A stretch of 64,000 nucleotides of DNA from Amoebophrya sp. A120 (taxonomy: Eukaryota; Protista; Dinoflagellata), in the NCBI GenBank assembly GCA_905178155.1, contig CAJINV010000001.1, forward strand, positions 7,199,794 to 7,263,793, read 5' to 3'. Shown here one piece after another: positions 1 through 13,366 of this stretch. Position numbers and translations under genes: made by a program. Within the stretch, counting starts at the first letter, position 1, and each line of letters starts with the position of its first letter. The notes under the pieces were generated by a model that was not told the DNA's origin, ran no database searches, and worked only from the letters and a program-made list of their open reading frames with translations.

Positions 1-941
1 GGTCCGGGCATTTCAGTTGTTCCGAGCTGTAAAAAGTTGGAAAGCCCTGTAGCAGGGAAAACTCTCGAAAACTGAAAAAGAGTACTCGGCCCAGCCTGCT
101 TTTCGCACGCACCACGGCCGGAGGTTGGCCGGGGCGGGCCCATGTTTTGCGCCCCCATCCTTGGACGAATTTGTCCGGCCCACGTACGGCCTTAATGGGA
201 TCGGGTCGAAGTTCGAGGACGGCATCCCGCAAGGGGAGGACGAGTGGGACGCTGATGCGGCAGCGCTTGACGCCGATGCACCTGTGTGCTCGTGCGGCAT
301 CTGAATGTAGAAAAGATCTGCGTAATTCTGCGGCAAAAAGAAGCAGCACATCATACACAGAAACTGTGAGAAGTGTGAGCAGTGTACAGCCGCAGACATT
401 GTTCGAAAGATTTTCATGCTGCTTGCTATCACAATGAATAGGAGTAGAAACGCGTGCGATGATGTCTACTTGGTTCTGACGACAGCGAAGATCCGATATT
501 TGAACTTTCGCGAACCATTGTGACCGATCTTGTTCTCAATTAAAACGCGCTTTTGCTCTGAGAATTTGAAGAAAGTCGTTTTTGGCAGGCCCCCGGTTCC
601 CGTTTCTAATTCTATTCGTAGATTTTACGATCTTTGCTAGACTGCTTCTCAATTTCAGTTCGCTGATTCTTATTCTATGAAATAATTTTCTGGTATTCCG
701 CAGCGGCCCCGCTAGTGATGAATTTTCAGTAGGTCATATTTCGAATAGTTTACTGCTAAGAATAAAACGACGCATTCATCATCATCTGCTCAACGTGCTG
801 CTTGGATTGAAGTTTTCACATTTCTCCATCTTCTAAGCTTGTTTAGAAGTTTCTAACTTTAGAAGTTTTCTTAGAGACAAGACAGGACTGTATCGCAGCT
901 TGTCTTTCTTTAGGTTCTGCCCCCCGAAAAAACGACAAAAA

Positions 942-3900
942 ATGACAACGCTAACAGCAACAGTCACTCGCGATCTCGCGATGTACCAAACAAGGGACCT
1001 GGCACCACAGGTAGAAGACCAGCGTGGATTTCTTTCGCAAAAATTATCCGGATAACTTTTTATTGTGGCTGGAGGTTCTTATACATTGGATCTAGATGAG
1101 ATGCATGATGATGCGGCGATTGATAGCTTCCTTCGCTCTGAAGATGTAGACCACATGCCAAGAACCAGCAAAATGAAATTCTCAAAGGAAATTTTTCTCA
1201 GGTGCACATGATTCTGTCGATTTTGCCGCAGTGCAGCGAGGACATGGCGTGTGAGGCGTTGATTCAGTCCGGGGAGGATGTGGAGCGAGCCATGGAGTTG
1301 CTGCTAAGCAAAATCGCGGAGCGGGACAGTCCGAAGGCGCGGGCCCAGAAGGCGGCAAGTTTCCACGAGGATTTTACCTCGGACGACCAGGCGTTCCAGA
1401 CACAGGGGGCCAACGGCCACGCGAAGACCGCGGTGCCAAGCGCCGCCACAGCCGGCGGATACGGGGACAACTACGGCGGAAAGCAGACCATGCAGCAAAC
1501 GTATTTTTCCGGCAGCTCCGCAGCGCAAAAAACGACCGCCCCAGCGGCTGTTTACGAACAGCAGCAGCAGCAGCAGATGAAACAACCGGTGGAACAACAA
1601 CAGGTTGTCACCAGCGAGCCCGTCGCACCGGCGGCAGCCGCGGTCGCACCACAGCCGGTGCCAGAACCCGTCGCGCCCGCAGTGGTGGAAGAGGTCTACG
1701 ACCCGCAACCCGTGGTCCCAGAATTCGCGTACAGAGTTTCATACTGTTTCAAGAAAGTACTGTCGTCTCACACGATGTTTTTGACATGATCTGATGTTGA
1801 GAGTCTGAGCGCATGAACGCCCGTGCGTCTCCAACATGTTGTGCTGCGTTTGCATGTACTTACTTACTTTGAAATAGTACTTGAAAATGGAAAAGTTTTC
1901 CTTGTGGGTCATGACGTGCGACTAGAGGTGATGCATGTCGTTTCTTCTTCTAAACAGGTACTTCTTGCAGCAAGTCCAGTTAGACCGCGCCCCATCCCGA
2001 GCGGAAAAGGATTTGCTGAAGTTTAAGAAAAAGATGCGAGAAATTGAAACCATCGAGAAAAAACTCGAGACCGGCGAAAAGGTCGACCAGCTGCAATTGC
2101 CAAAATTGGACAAGAAGGGAGAGCTCATGTACTGCTCAATGGTGTTTTTGATAGTATAGGAAAGACAAAGATCATTGCATTGCAGATTCTTCATGCACCA
2201 TGCACATGTTCTTTCTGATTCTGAATCATGGAAGGAGCTAGACTACTTATTCATTTTGAATTTCTTAGTGCATCAGTATCAGAGGCAGCAAAATGCTTTT
2301 CAGGTTCGAGTTGAAAAAGACCGAGGAGATTGTCAACAAGTGCTTGAGACAAGACGCCGAGGCCTTGCGAGAAAAACACATCGAGCAGGAGTGGGCCCGG
2401 ATCGAAGCCGAGAAGGCAGAAAAGAAGCGGCAGGAAGAAGAGCGCCGGGAGCAAGAGCGCATCCGCTTAGAGGAGGAGCGATTACGGGCGGAAGAGGAAG
2501 GTAGAATTGAATGTCGGCTTTTGGAGCTTTTTACGGTGCGGGCGATGTGCAATACTGCGTCGGTCCTTGTGCCACGACCTCTATGCGGTTTTTCTTTTCA
2601 TGATATCAATTCGTTCTCGTTGAGGTAGATCCTCTTTCGAGTTGCCCAGTCGCTCCCCACGTGAATAAACTAATTGAAATTCTGAAGCGTATGTCATCTT
2701 CCTATCAATCTGCAGCTCGCCGCAAAGCCGAAGAGGAGGAGGCCCGACGAAAAGCCGAGGCGGAGGCCGCCGAACGCCGAAGAATTCAGGAGGAAGAGAT
2801 GCGCAGACAACGCGAGGAGGAGGAGCGACGACGCAAGCAGCAGCAGGAAGAGCAGGCCGAACGGTTGCGACAGAGCAGCGCGAAGGGTAGATATTTAGTT
2901 AACTTGATGTACGTTTGTTTTCTTTTTTTTTGGTGCTGGTACTAAACTCTCCGACACAACGTGATGGAGTGATACAGTCTGTGTGCTCTGTAGAAATGTT
3001 GCTAAAAATCATAACATTAACATAGGTAACTGGGCCGGAGTGGCGACTGCCGGTGCGTGGAACGGTCAGCAGCAGTACCAGCAGCAAAACAATTACAGTA
3101 ATAACATGTCCGGTAAGAAATACAGCGGCTATGGTATCAACTGCAAATATGTCTGGGTCTGGAAGAATGTATGTTTGTCATGCTTGTCTGGTATGACTCT
3201 TAAATCTGTCATGCATGTTACCCAAGAGCCCCATTTTTCTGTCATGCAGAAACGCAGTTTGTCATGCAGAATAGGCAACACCTAGAACAGAAGCTCAAAA
3301 ACTTGTCATGCTGGGCCAGCTCTTGTGGCCTCCTCATGATACGCCACCCAACATCACAAATTTCCAGACCCAGACACTTTTACATTTGATATATGGCAAG
3401 GGACAGCAACAACCCCCGCAGAACCAGCAGCCCTCCAGCGACTACAACAGCACCTCCGCCCAGGGAGGCCAATACAACAACCGAGAACAGCCGCAGCAAC
3501 CCTCTTCCTATGGACAATACAACCAGCAGCAGCCTGCCCAGCAATGGAACAACGAAGCCGGGTACAATAAGTAAAGCGATATTTGCTATTGCTGTAAACC
3601 TTCCTGCATCTCTATCTCTACGTGCTCTTATCGCTTTGCACACGATTTGTGCTCGTGTAGGTTGTAAAAAATAACCACAGTTGTATGAAGATCGATACAT
3701 CCCAGGAGTAGAATCATCGGAATTGCTACGCTTGAACGGGCTCGAAAGGGATGAAAAATGAAATCACTCCTCATTATTTTCCATGAAATCACTCCCCAAC
3801 CCCAGGTACAACGCAAATGGCCAACAGGCAGTCCAGCAGCCCGCTGCCGCGCACGAAGAGGAAAAGGGAGAGGAACAGCCGAGTGATGACTGGGGATTGA

Positions 3901-4354
3901 GCGTGAACGAAACGGTTCTGTCTCAGCAAAAGTCCGTTTTCGCGCAGCAGCAAACGTACTTTATTACGCTCCTCCACCTGTGCATGTGCTTTTATTCTTT
4001 GAGGAAGATGATTTTCAAGATAAATGCCTGCTCCTCGAAGATTGATTATGACGCGTCTGTTGCATTGATGCAGGCGGCCGCCGCAATTCATTGCCATTTT
4101 TCATCTGAAATCACAGATCCAACCAGATGGGTCGTAGCAACATGATGGACCAGGGCAACGGCGGTGGCAAGGGCTGGAACAACAACGGTAAGAGCGCGAG
4201 CATGCAGGACGGTAACTGGCGTCAACCAGGTAACTCGTTCGCTCCCAACGGCGGCAATGGGAAGAAGGGCAAAGGCAAGGGCAAGGGAAAGAACAAAAGC
4301 GGCAACAATGGCTACAACAATCGGGGACCGGGTCAGAACATGGGCGGATTCTAG
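942..4354 (+). CDS. Multi-exon protein with N-terminal CUE/UBA-like domain, PYM/eIF2A-C-terminal-like coiled coil and Q/N/G-rich low-complexity tail
   Basis: ATG at 942. GT-AG introns (e.g. 1011-1201, 1729-1957, 2129-2303, 2501-2715) join ORF pieces: VHMILSILPQCSEDMACEALIQSGEDVERAMELLL (CUE/UBA-like), KKKMREIETIEKKLETGEKVDQLQLPKLDKK, an E/R-rich coil and a Q/N-rich C-terminus ending at TAG 4354. One intron is the TIR element at 3135-3391. Confidence 0.7.
3135..3391. mobile_element. Introner-like TIR element, family A (257 bp), acting as a non-canonical intron
   Basis: TIRs TATCAACTGCAAATATGTCTGGGTCTGGAA ... TTCCAGACCCAGACACTTTTACATTTGATA. TSD TATGG at 3130-3134 and 3392-3396. Removal gives in-frame KKYSGYGKGQQQPPQ. 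Confidence 0.92.
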
Positions 4355-5892
4355 AGGAAAAAGAAGTGCTCGGGAAAGGAAATGATATTTCAGTTCTTCA
4401 TTGACCGATGCGGTTCTTGCTGGTGCCCCCTGAATATTTTGAAGACCATATGATTATCCCTTTTGAAATGAAATGGAACCTTTTGAACCAGCTGCACTAC
4501 ACTATTCTGCCAGTGCTCCCATCAGCACTGCATTCGGTGCAACAACTCTGACGATAAACCATACAAGAAAGATCGTGCGGCAGAAGTTGTGTTGATGATC
4601 GCAGCACAGCAAAGCGAAGACGACAATTTTCAAATTATCTACAGTTGTATGTACTATTGAACCGTTTTCATCTACTTCCAGTACTTAGCCAAGAAAGCCA
4701 TATGTAATTTCTTTTGTACACGTTTTTCGAAAATGCAAACTCGTTTGTTTAAGTTAAGAGAAATGGTGGACGGTGCTTCGGGAACTGCGTTCGTAGCACG
4801 GATCTCATAGGGTTCATTTGGTAGGAACGCAAAGATGAGGAGAACTTCAGCCTCAACTGACGGAGCTATAATAATTCCCTATTATTCCGGCTGTGTACGG
4901 CACCTCCAACGACAAGGCTCTCTGGTCTCTCGCCCGTGCCCGGTTTCTATTACTGACTTAATACCCCGCAAACGTGAACAAAGTAAGCAGAACTGTCGAC
5001 CACTAGGGTGATACACTATAATTATCTGCTCTCGCCGCGGCCCGATTCCAATTCAGGGCTGACTACATAAAAGTTGGGTTTTTTCGCGGTTGCGTGCCGG
5101 TAAAACACCGGCATGACATCGGCTCCGACAACACCCATTCTATCCCGAGTTTGCTTTCTGCTCTACAACGACAACGACGGACGCATAATTCCTCAAGCTA
5201 AGCCGATAGTTTGATCTCTTTGCTTCCTTTTCGAAAATGAAAAAATTCGGAACGAAATGCATGTAGGTACAAAAGATGAGGAGAGTAGTCATGTGCACAC
5301 GTTGTGACCTCGGCAGCACCCGCTCCGTATCAAAAGCTGATTTCGCATTGGAAAAATTTTTTGTCCCACTTTTCAATCGAACCAATTTAGCTGTCCGCTT
5401 ACCATGTTGTCTCGGCGAAAAATCAATGTGGAGTTCGACTTGTCCGTCTCTTTTGTTTCTCCTGATGTGAAAGGCAGGGGTCAAGCTCGGGGTTTTGATA
5501 AAGTTGGAGTGCCGGATCCGTTGAGGAGCAGGGAAATGAAAATAAGAGTACGCAAGGCACCATTCGACACACATTCGGTTTACGAGAAGCCGGGAAATGT
5601 TGCTGCAGATCGTGAATGAAATTGAGCCGACCGATTCTACTTAACCTTCAGGTTGACTGAGAACATGATCCAGAGAGAAATTTAAACCTGAGTGGAGCTA
5701 CCGTGATGTCTTTTCGGTTTATTTCAGCGACAATAACAACGAGACTTGGGCTTCTCATTGATTCTCTGCTTTGTTGAGGGCTATTAACCTCTAGCTCCGA
5801 TATGATTATGTGCAAGTCATAGACTCTCTCCCGCGCACCGAAAACTCCGAGACCGCGACCATAAGTAAATACTTACATACCAAGGCAACAAG

Positions 5893-8071
5893 ATGGAGGG
5901 TGTTGGTTTTACGATCCATTACGAAATGATCTGGGACGTTTGGAGCCAGCTGGTGGGTGTGATGCAGTCCCAACTTGGTTCCCACACCACTGCCTACAAT
6001 ATTCTCGCCTTCGTACCGGTGGTTTTTGTCTTCGATGCTGTGCGCAACCAGCGCAAGACCGTTGCTGCGGTGGCCCAGATGACCGCTGTGCAGCAGCGCA
6101 ATGACGTGGTCCAAGTGCAGAGACCCCGCACCCCTTCGAAGACCGTACCACGTCCCTCGGAGCAGCTGCTCGCGCCACCTCCTGCGGGGGGCAGTGCAGA
6201 TGGAAATGCAGCTGCGGCCGGGAGGGAAAGCACAAGCAAGGCGCCGCCAATACGGCGCGCCAGTACGGAAAGTTTGGTGGATGAGGATAAAAAGCTACTT
6301 GCGGAGGCGAGCACCCTGGACCAGCTGTGGTTTATGCTGGGCGTTGGGAATGTGGCCATTACGGCGTACGTCCTAGGCTTGTCCCCGACCGTATCCACGA
6401 AAAAAACCGTTTCACTGTGGTCTTGTGATGCAGATGACTCAGTGCGTGTCGTCGGTTCGGAAGCCAAACTTCTACAGAGGAGATTTTCATTTTGTTTATC
6501 ATGTGCAAGCGGAAGCGAAGGAGATGTTAGGTATGCGGATCTTCTCGGAAAGTCATGAGCAACATCAGCCACAATGAAGCGGTGTTTTCGCGCGAAAAGC
6601 CTGGTATTATGCGTACTACACTCCCAAAGTGATTTCCCTCACCTTTCTGCGCTGGATAACATTCGTGAAGAAGAAGCAGCACTACCTCCTCTACGACTTC
6701 TGCTACTGGGTGAACGCTCTCTGCCTCCTTTACTGCTGGGTGTACCCGCATTCGCAACTCATGTTCCGCGTGCTCTTCATAAACGCGTGCGGACCGCTGG
6801 CCATTGCGGTGCTATCGCACTGCAAAAGAGCTACTTGGCACTTGCTAGTACAGCTATTCATTGTGCATGATTGAGATTATGCATGAAGGACGAAATTACG
6901 TTTTGCACATCATTTTGAAACACAAAGATGAGTGAACAAGGCTAGCACAAGTATGAGTATCTTTCTTTTGTGGCATAACCGCTTTGTTTCAACCACAGTT
7001 TGATCTTCCACTCCTACGCACACATGACCTCTGTGGTCATACACGTGTCCCCTCTGGTGCTGGTCTACGGTTTGAGGTGGCACTCCGACGCGAGATTCAA
7101 CATTTGCGAGGATTTCCCCACCTGTGACGACGTTACGCATGGCATTACTTAGTAGTGTCGCATATCTCTAAATCGCATAGCACGGGTTTTGAAGTAAACC
7201 GAAAACAGAAATTTTCCAATAGAAGATCTTTGCAGTTTCAAATATGCGAGAGAGTGGATCAATGATGTTGAACAGGACGAGTTAGTAGTCTACTCGTGCA
7301 GGTTCAGCAGGAGTAGAGTCAATTGTGTACTATCTATGAATCATGTGGAACAGGAGGAGGAGCCGCGCAACTCCTGACTCGCTTTTGTACTACGCGAAGA
7401 ACGCTAGAGAGAATGCGAAACTTTTGCGGAGGATATGCGTGTCCCACCTTCAGCTGATCGACGAGGCCATGCGGTATGAACCAATTTAGGTGCTGCGTAG
7501 TTCTACTTGCTTTTTCAATTTACTGTTTTTCTGTACGTAGAAAACAATAGCGACCTGCAGCCAAAGGAATCTTAAATCTGTTCTCACCCCTAGGTATTTC
7601 TATCTGCCCTGGAGTGGGCTGTACTTTTTGTGGATTTTCGTCGCTTTAGGACGGTACTTGGAGGAGAAAAACTACCAAACGCTGTGGGATCGCGTGCTGG
7701 GCACCGGGGCGGTGGGCAAGTTCCTGCGGCTCATGCTGACGAAGCTGCCCAAGCTCTTCGTGCAGGGGATCTACCTGGTGATCCACTTGGGCTTTTGCGG
7801 GGTGGCCATGGTGTTCGCCACCCTGATGTTTCACCACCAGCTGGCGAATTTTGTCTGGTTGGCCACCATCTGTGGCGCCGTGGCCTACAACGGCTCCCAG
7901 TTCTACCTGCAGGCCCTGGAGCCGCTGTACGTAAAAGCCATCCGGGAGCGCAACGAGGGCGGCACCATCACCTCCAAGAACCTCAAACTGCTCCTGTCCG
8001 CGTCGATGGGATTGCAGACGGCAGTGGACCACGCGGACATTCTGGAGCAGGAGAGGAAAAAAGAAAGCTGA
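5893..8071 (+). CDS. GPC1: Glycerophosphocholine acyltransferase (Gpc1/DUF2838 family), multi-exon membrane protein
   Basis: Family-like segments KKQHYLLYDFCYWVN and GPLAIAVLCFNHSLIFHSYAHMTSVVIHVSPLVLVYGLRW plus several TM helices. Last exon ends at 8071. Confidence 0.75.
6392..6597. mobile_element. Degenerate introner-like TIR element forming GPC1 intron 1
   Basis: Left TATCCACGAAAAAAACCGTTTCACTGTGG versus reverse complement of right end TTTCGCGCGAAAACACCGCTTCATTGTGG. TGTGATGC lies just inside. The TSD is not preserved. Confidence 0.55.
6813..6977. mobile_element. Degenerate introner-like element forming GPC1 intron 2
   Basis: Starts TATC, ends CATA, with a weak inverted repeat. Flanks GGTGC / ACCGC. 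Removing 6813-6982 gives GPLAIAVLCFNHSLIFHS; I saw no in-phase GT-AG pair at this junction. Confidence 0.6.
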
Positions 8072-9662
8072 TGCTCACGCACGCAGCACAGCGGAAAAGA
8101 AATGTGTCTGCAGTTCAGTTGGAAAAAGAAACTTCTGGTGACACATGCACAGGGTGATGGAACGAATTAGAGGGTGCGCACAATTATTACGAGGGCCCTC
8201 GTCCTGGCGTTGGACGTGAAACAGAGCGTGCCAGACGTACAATGCTTGTGCTCCAAAGGACCACGATCAAGCTACACCACGTGTTCCTACTGATTTCAAC
8301 CGGAGAGAAGGCGAGAGATTGAGCCCGGAGCGTGTCTGGCGGTGTAGATTGCATATGGTAGATTGTGTGTCGTCTCACGGCCACCCCGCTCTTGTAGTCG
8401 AGTCAAGGCCGCTAGCATGTCTCAACTTTCACACAGAAACAGGTATATTTTTTTTACAAGGCAAAGGTCTTCTCCAGAAAAGTAAAGAGAAATAAAATCA
8501 AAATGCCGGACCATGACGGAGACCCTATGGCTGTAGGTGCTGGCTCTTCAGCGGGGCCGGGCGATGCGTCGGGAGCTGTCGCAGAAATGATGGGCGCGGC
8601 GCGGAGCTCCACTAATCTGCCGGGCTTATTTCGCCGCCGCTTTTATTTCCACTGTCGCTGTCCTGAGCGCGGCGAATGTGGGGCGCTTCAACTAGTTTTA
8701 CACCAGAAGACGCCCACGCCCTGCAGCAGGGTGCCCCGGCCCTTTTCCGTTTACAGGAAGAGGAAGCTTGAAAATCGCGACCTGAAGAGCTGGCGCAAAA
8801 AGCACGAGGAGCAAGCCGCAAAGCGGCCGGGCCGTCCCCCGACGACGAGGCGAACAAAAGAGCCGGAAGCGCCTAACGATGTGAGGCTGCCGCCGAGGGC
8901 GCCCATCGACACGCCGAGGGCCGGGGGGGCGCGCGGCGCCGGCCCACGTCTGCAAATGTTCGCGGCCACAATGTCGGGCCGCGCCGCCCCGCATCGCGCG
9001 CGAGCTTCTTTGCTGCTTGCGGCCGCGCGCACCAAGCACCCTGCCTGCAGCCGTTTCGCTGCGGCTGCCGGGTGCCCCCTGCTTTGCGCGCACGCTGCTG
9101 GTTGTGTAGTATCGAAGTAGGGTGCGCGCCGAATAGTGTAGCAACCCCAGCGGCTCGCCCCAGTATGCCCGCGCCGCTGGCGTACTTTGTGCTGCGGCCG
9201 CACTTAGCATAGACCCGCCCTTCCAGCATTGAGTGCTAAGCTCTGTTGTGGTGCTGCAAATTGGGCGAGCGCGCTAACCGAAGGACGCCTGCTTTCCCGC
9301 ATTGAGAGAAGCGGGCGGATACCTAGAGAGTGCGTCGCGTTTTCTTGTGCATGATACGCCTTGCGCGCGAGTACACCTCCAATGCTCCGGATCGAACACG
9401 TTCGGACCGAAGTATAAGAATACGCCAGTTTGTTCCTCTGTCAGTCCTCAGTGTCCGAAGCTTATGTTGATGCTGCTTGCAGTGAGAGTCATGCTTGTGC
9501 AGTTGCGCAGATTCGAACTCAAAGTGGAAGTGGCCGTTGTAGTCGCACTGAGAAGCGCAGCAGCACTACATCAAGCAAGGACGTCGGTGTAGCTCTTGCC
9601 ACTGTGCCTGCCCCTTACTCGAGAACAAGAGCGAGAATGAGAGAGACGTTGTTGCCGTAGAG

Positions 9663-12469
9663 TTGTCCGGCATAGAAAAAATGTTGTTGACCGGTGGAGG
9701 ATCTTCATCCCCGTCTTCACCAGCTCCACCTCGGTACAACTACGCGCACGCAGCGGCCGGCTCAGGCAAGGCGCAAGACACCAAGTCCCTTGCAGATTTG
9801 GGCGAGCGCGTGGTCCTACACCGGTCAGACACGTTCACGAGTCGCTACCGCGTCCACGGACAGCAGCAGAAGGCGCAACCCAAGACCCGTGGCCGGGGAC
9901 GCGGTTTCGCCGCGCGTAGGGACATACCGTACTTGCCACTAGGCAATGTTGAAGGGGACACAACTGCGGTCGCAGAGCACGCCTCGTCCAGCACCGGAAC
10001 CAAAAGCGGGCGAGACCTTTCTCCTGCGCAGAAGCTGCAGCCCGGTAAAACTCCTGCCAGTTTCAAGATGGGTTCAGTCGCAGCCGCTCCGCATAACTAC
10101 CACAAAACAAACATTGCGGCGACAGGGGATCATGTTGGCGCAGCGGGCGGACAGCACGAAGGAAATTTTGTGGTAAGATACGGAGAAAAGTTGGTCACGA
10201 CCACAAACAATGTGCGCAACGTGATGTCGACGCAAACCTCGACGGCGGCCGCGGCGCGAGTCATCGAGAGTGTGCAGCGCGCCATCGAGAGGCGACGCGT
10301 GGCGGCCAAGCACGGTCCGAAGCGCACTTTGCAGCAGTTTGTCAAAGAATCGGAGGAAAGACTTCGCTATCTGCAAACGCGGCCGGTCGCGACGCTCGCA
10401 ACCATTTTGATGCCCAGCACCAATGCTAAAAATCCTAATGCTGCAGTTTCTGATTCCGTTCTTCCTGGTGGTACGGAGCAGCTGACCCGAAATGTAGTGA
10501 ACGAGAGAAGCCCATGGCCACAAAAGACAGAGCCAGTAGGCGCAGCAGCTGCAAGTGATGCTGTGAAAAGTTCTCTGCCTGAGGACGGTGCTGTTGCAGT
10601 CAACAACGGTTTCGCTACAGAGAAAGAAGTAGAACGACGCCAGAACGTCGCGAACCCAACCTCAGACCACAAGCAGAGCGAATTGCTACTGGATGAAAGT
10701 GTTAAAATTGCTCAACACGGGGACGAAGATCCTCTTTCACAATCGCCAGCGCAGCAGGCCGCAGCCGCGATGAACGCAAAACAGACTGCGGACGACCACG
10801 AACGCGCCGCCTCGCATGTTGCATCTTCTCATCGTGCCAAGGCATCTAACAATCCGAGTCTTCCTGGCGGCGGTACAACCGAGACATTCGTTTTCGGTGC
10901 ACCTTGGCGTCCGGCAATCCCGCAGCGCAGCTTCTTGTGCAGGGAGACGATTCCCGAAATGAGGGAAACATCTTCACGACAAGATGGCGTGCAGCGGAAA
11001 GTTGCATTCTCAACAGCTGCACACGAGCAAGACGATTCCGTCTCAAATGTTCTTGACGCTACCACGACACTGCAAAAGCGACCGCAATTTCTGCGACTGC
11101 TGGGGCGACGCGCGTGGTCCGAGCTACGGAAGCAATGTCCAGATCGGTTGCTGGTACAGCCCGAGCAAGCCAAGGTTTGCCACTACGTGAGTCACACGAC
11201 AGCTGCAGTGCCGCAACCCTTGCCGGTGCGCCTAGCGTCCGTCGTGGTTCCACACGAGGGGACCGAGAAAGCGCGGGAAAAAGACAAGGAGCATGAAGGC
11301 GGCAGTGTGCACAATACGTGGGCCAAGCGGCTTCGCCGCCGGCTCGAGAAGGCCGAGCGCGATGCTGGCCGGGACTTGCGCGACACCGGGCGGGAGCTGC
11401 GGACCGTGTTTGACCGCAAACTGGGGCACGAGCGCCAATTGGACGTGAACATTTGCCATTTCGAGGATGACGCTGCCGGCGCGAACGAACAGCCATCAAA
11501 AGCAACAAGTGGGGCTGGCGGTACACAGAACAAAGGTACTTGTGTTCCACATTAGAGAATGAAGCATGACTGACCCGCCTCTGAGACGAACACAAGTACT
11601 TGCTTCTTTGCGCCGGAGGATCTGTCGTTTTCTTCGGACTCGTGGTTAGTTTTGGTTCATCTGAAAAAATGTACAGAGCATGAACAGGCTCGACCACCTC
11701 TATATTGCAAAAAAAAAAAGGCAACCCTTCGGAGCGCGCCGCGGCCGTCCGTTCCGGGCATGACGAGTGGGGAAAGCGGGTGGCACGGTTGAACGAAGCT
11801 GACGATCGTCTGTCCTCAACCGTACGGCTTCTCACACAGCTGGTAGACGAAAGCTCTTCTTCGAACCGCGACAAGACTCTTCGCGACATCCTTTACGCCC
11901 AGGAAGCGCAGCGGCAACAGCGGCTCTTGCGAAAAAGCAAATTTTTAGGTCCCGTACCCGAAGAGGACGCAACTGTCGGAAGTCCGATTGGCGGAAAGAA
12001 CCACGGACGCGAACAAGTTTCTACGGGGATGAACAAGCCGAAGCTTTCCTCTCCGAACCGTGGAGATAATAAAGAAGGTGCGGCTCCTCTTCCCGATTCC
12101 TGCCCATCCATAATTCCCAGCCGCCGGAAAGCGGTCCAAAAGTGGTTGTCTCCCCAGCGGGCGCGCGCGTGCGCGGAGCGCCAGTTTCTGTCACAGTACC
12201 TGGGCAGCGATGTGCGGGACCAGCTGCGGTTTTACCAGGATCTCATACACTCTGCAGCCGTGGAGAAGGCACTTGCGACGAGCGCCGTGGCGGCTCAACA
12301 CCCGATCTCTTTCGTACTGGAGTACCTCCGCGTGCTGCTGGAACGCGGGGAAGCCGTGTCGGCGGTGACGTACACTGCTTTAACGCGGCAGTTGGAACCG
12401 GAGGAACTGGCGGACCCTCACGTTTCGGAAATACTGCAGCGACTCCGGGACATGGTGCGGCCAGATTGA
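9663..12469 (+). CDS. Hypothetical protein, two exons
   Basis: A 630-aa ORF and a 254-aa ORF can be joined by a GT-AG intron (about 11536-11720). Mostly low complexity, no recognised domain. Start uncertain (first ATG near 9681). Confidence 0.6.
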
Positions 12470-13366
12470 TCGATGTCTTGTTCCCTCCACAGTGCTGTCG
12501 CGGATACATAGCGCGAGGTGTTGTCGTGAAGTTGCTCCATTCTTCAGGCGGGTGGGGGACTTGCATGAGTGTGGATCTTATTTCGAGTGTACAGGGCTTC
12601 AGTCTTTCGTAGCGTACGCGATACAAAAATTACATCATGTACATGCCACACTGGAAAAGTGTGTATAGAATCTTCGAGTCATGAAAAATGAAACGCGGTT
12701 TTCTAAAGCTGACGAAGCAGAGAGTTTTAGTTTCCAGGTAGTTTCCAGGAGAAGTTGCAATGCCCGTAATAATTGCCATACTAGCAAATTCTTCACTATC
12801 ACCTGCACAATTTGATTTGATGTAAAATTTGGTAAATATTGTTACTTTGTACAAATGGTGACCCTTTGGAGTGCGATAACACGTGTATTAGAAAATCCCT
12901 GCACAACAACCCACTCTGAGTTCTTTCAGAGGGGGCGATTATTGTCGGAGTGGCACGACATCGACATACATCGACATGGCATGTGTTACATCCTACAGGG
13001 AACGCGGCGGGGGAGTTGCCATGCTCTTTACACATACAGGCAAGGAGGGCAGAAAAGTGACTTAAACACTTCGGCATTTCCTGGGGAGCGAAAGGAATAG
13101 TCAGAGTCAAAAGGTGGAAAAATGGCGAACTGGTAGCCCGCAAGCGGACGGAGAGAGAGGCTAAACTACTTGAGCCGTTTCGTACTGGGGAGAGCTACAC
13201 TCAAAATCGCGAGAGAAGGGTGCTGTTCTGCAATCGTCAGAGCAGGAGTGTGTGAGAAGAGCAATGCATTGTTGGCGGGGACGGGAACGCCATAGTGCGG
13301 CGACAAAGCAAGAAGTACTATAGGATTTTCCGTGTCCGAACGTGTAATGCCGCTTTCCCTGCAAGA

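Noticed and set aside
5020-5620. TATC starts and a GCATGACA motif in the intergenic region
   Set aside because: No matching inverted end or TSD was found.
7130-7453. Short ACGCAT/ATGCGT inverted repeat at a GPC1 intron
   Set aside because: Only 6 bp, no TSD, and an in-phase GT-AG alternative exists.
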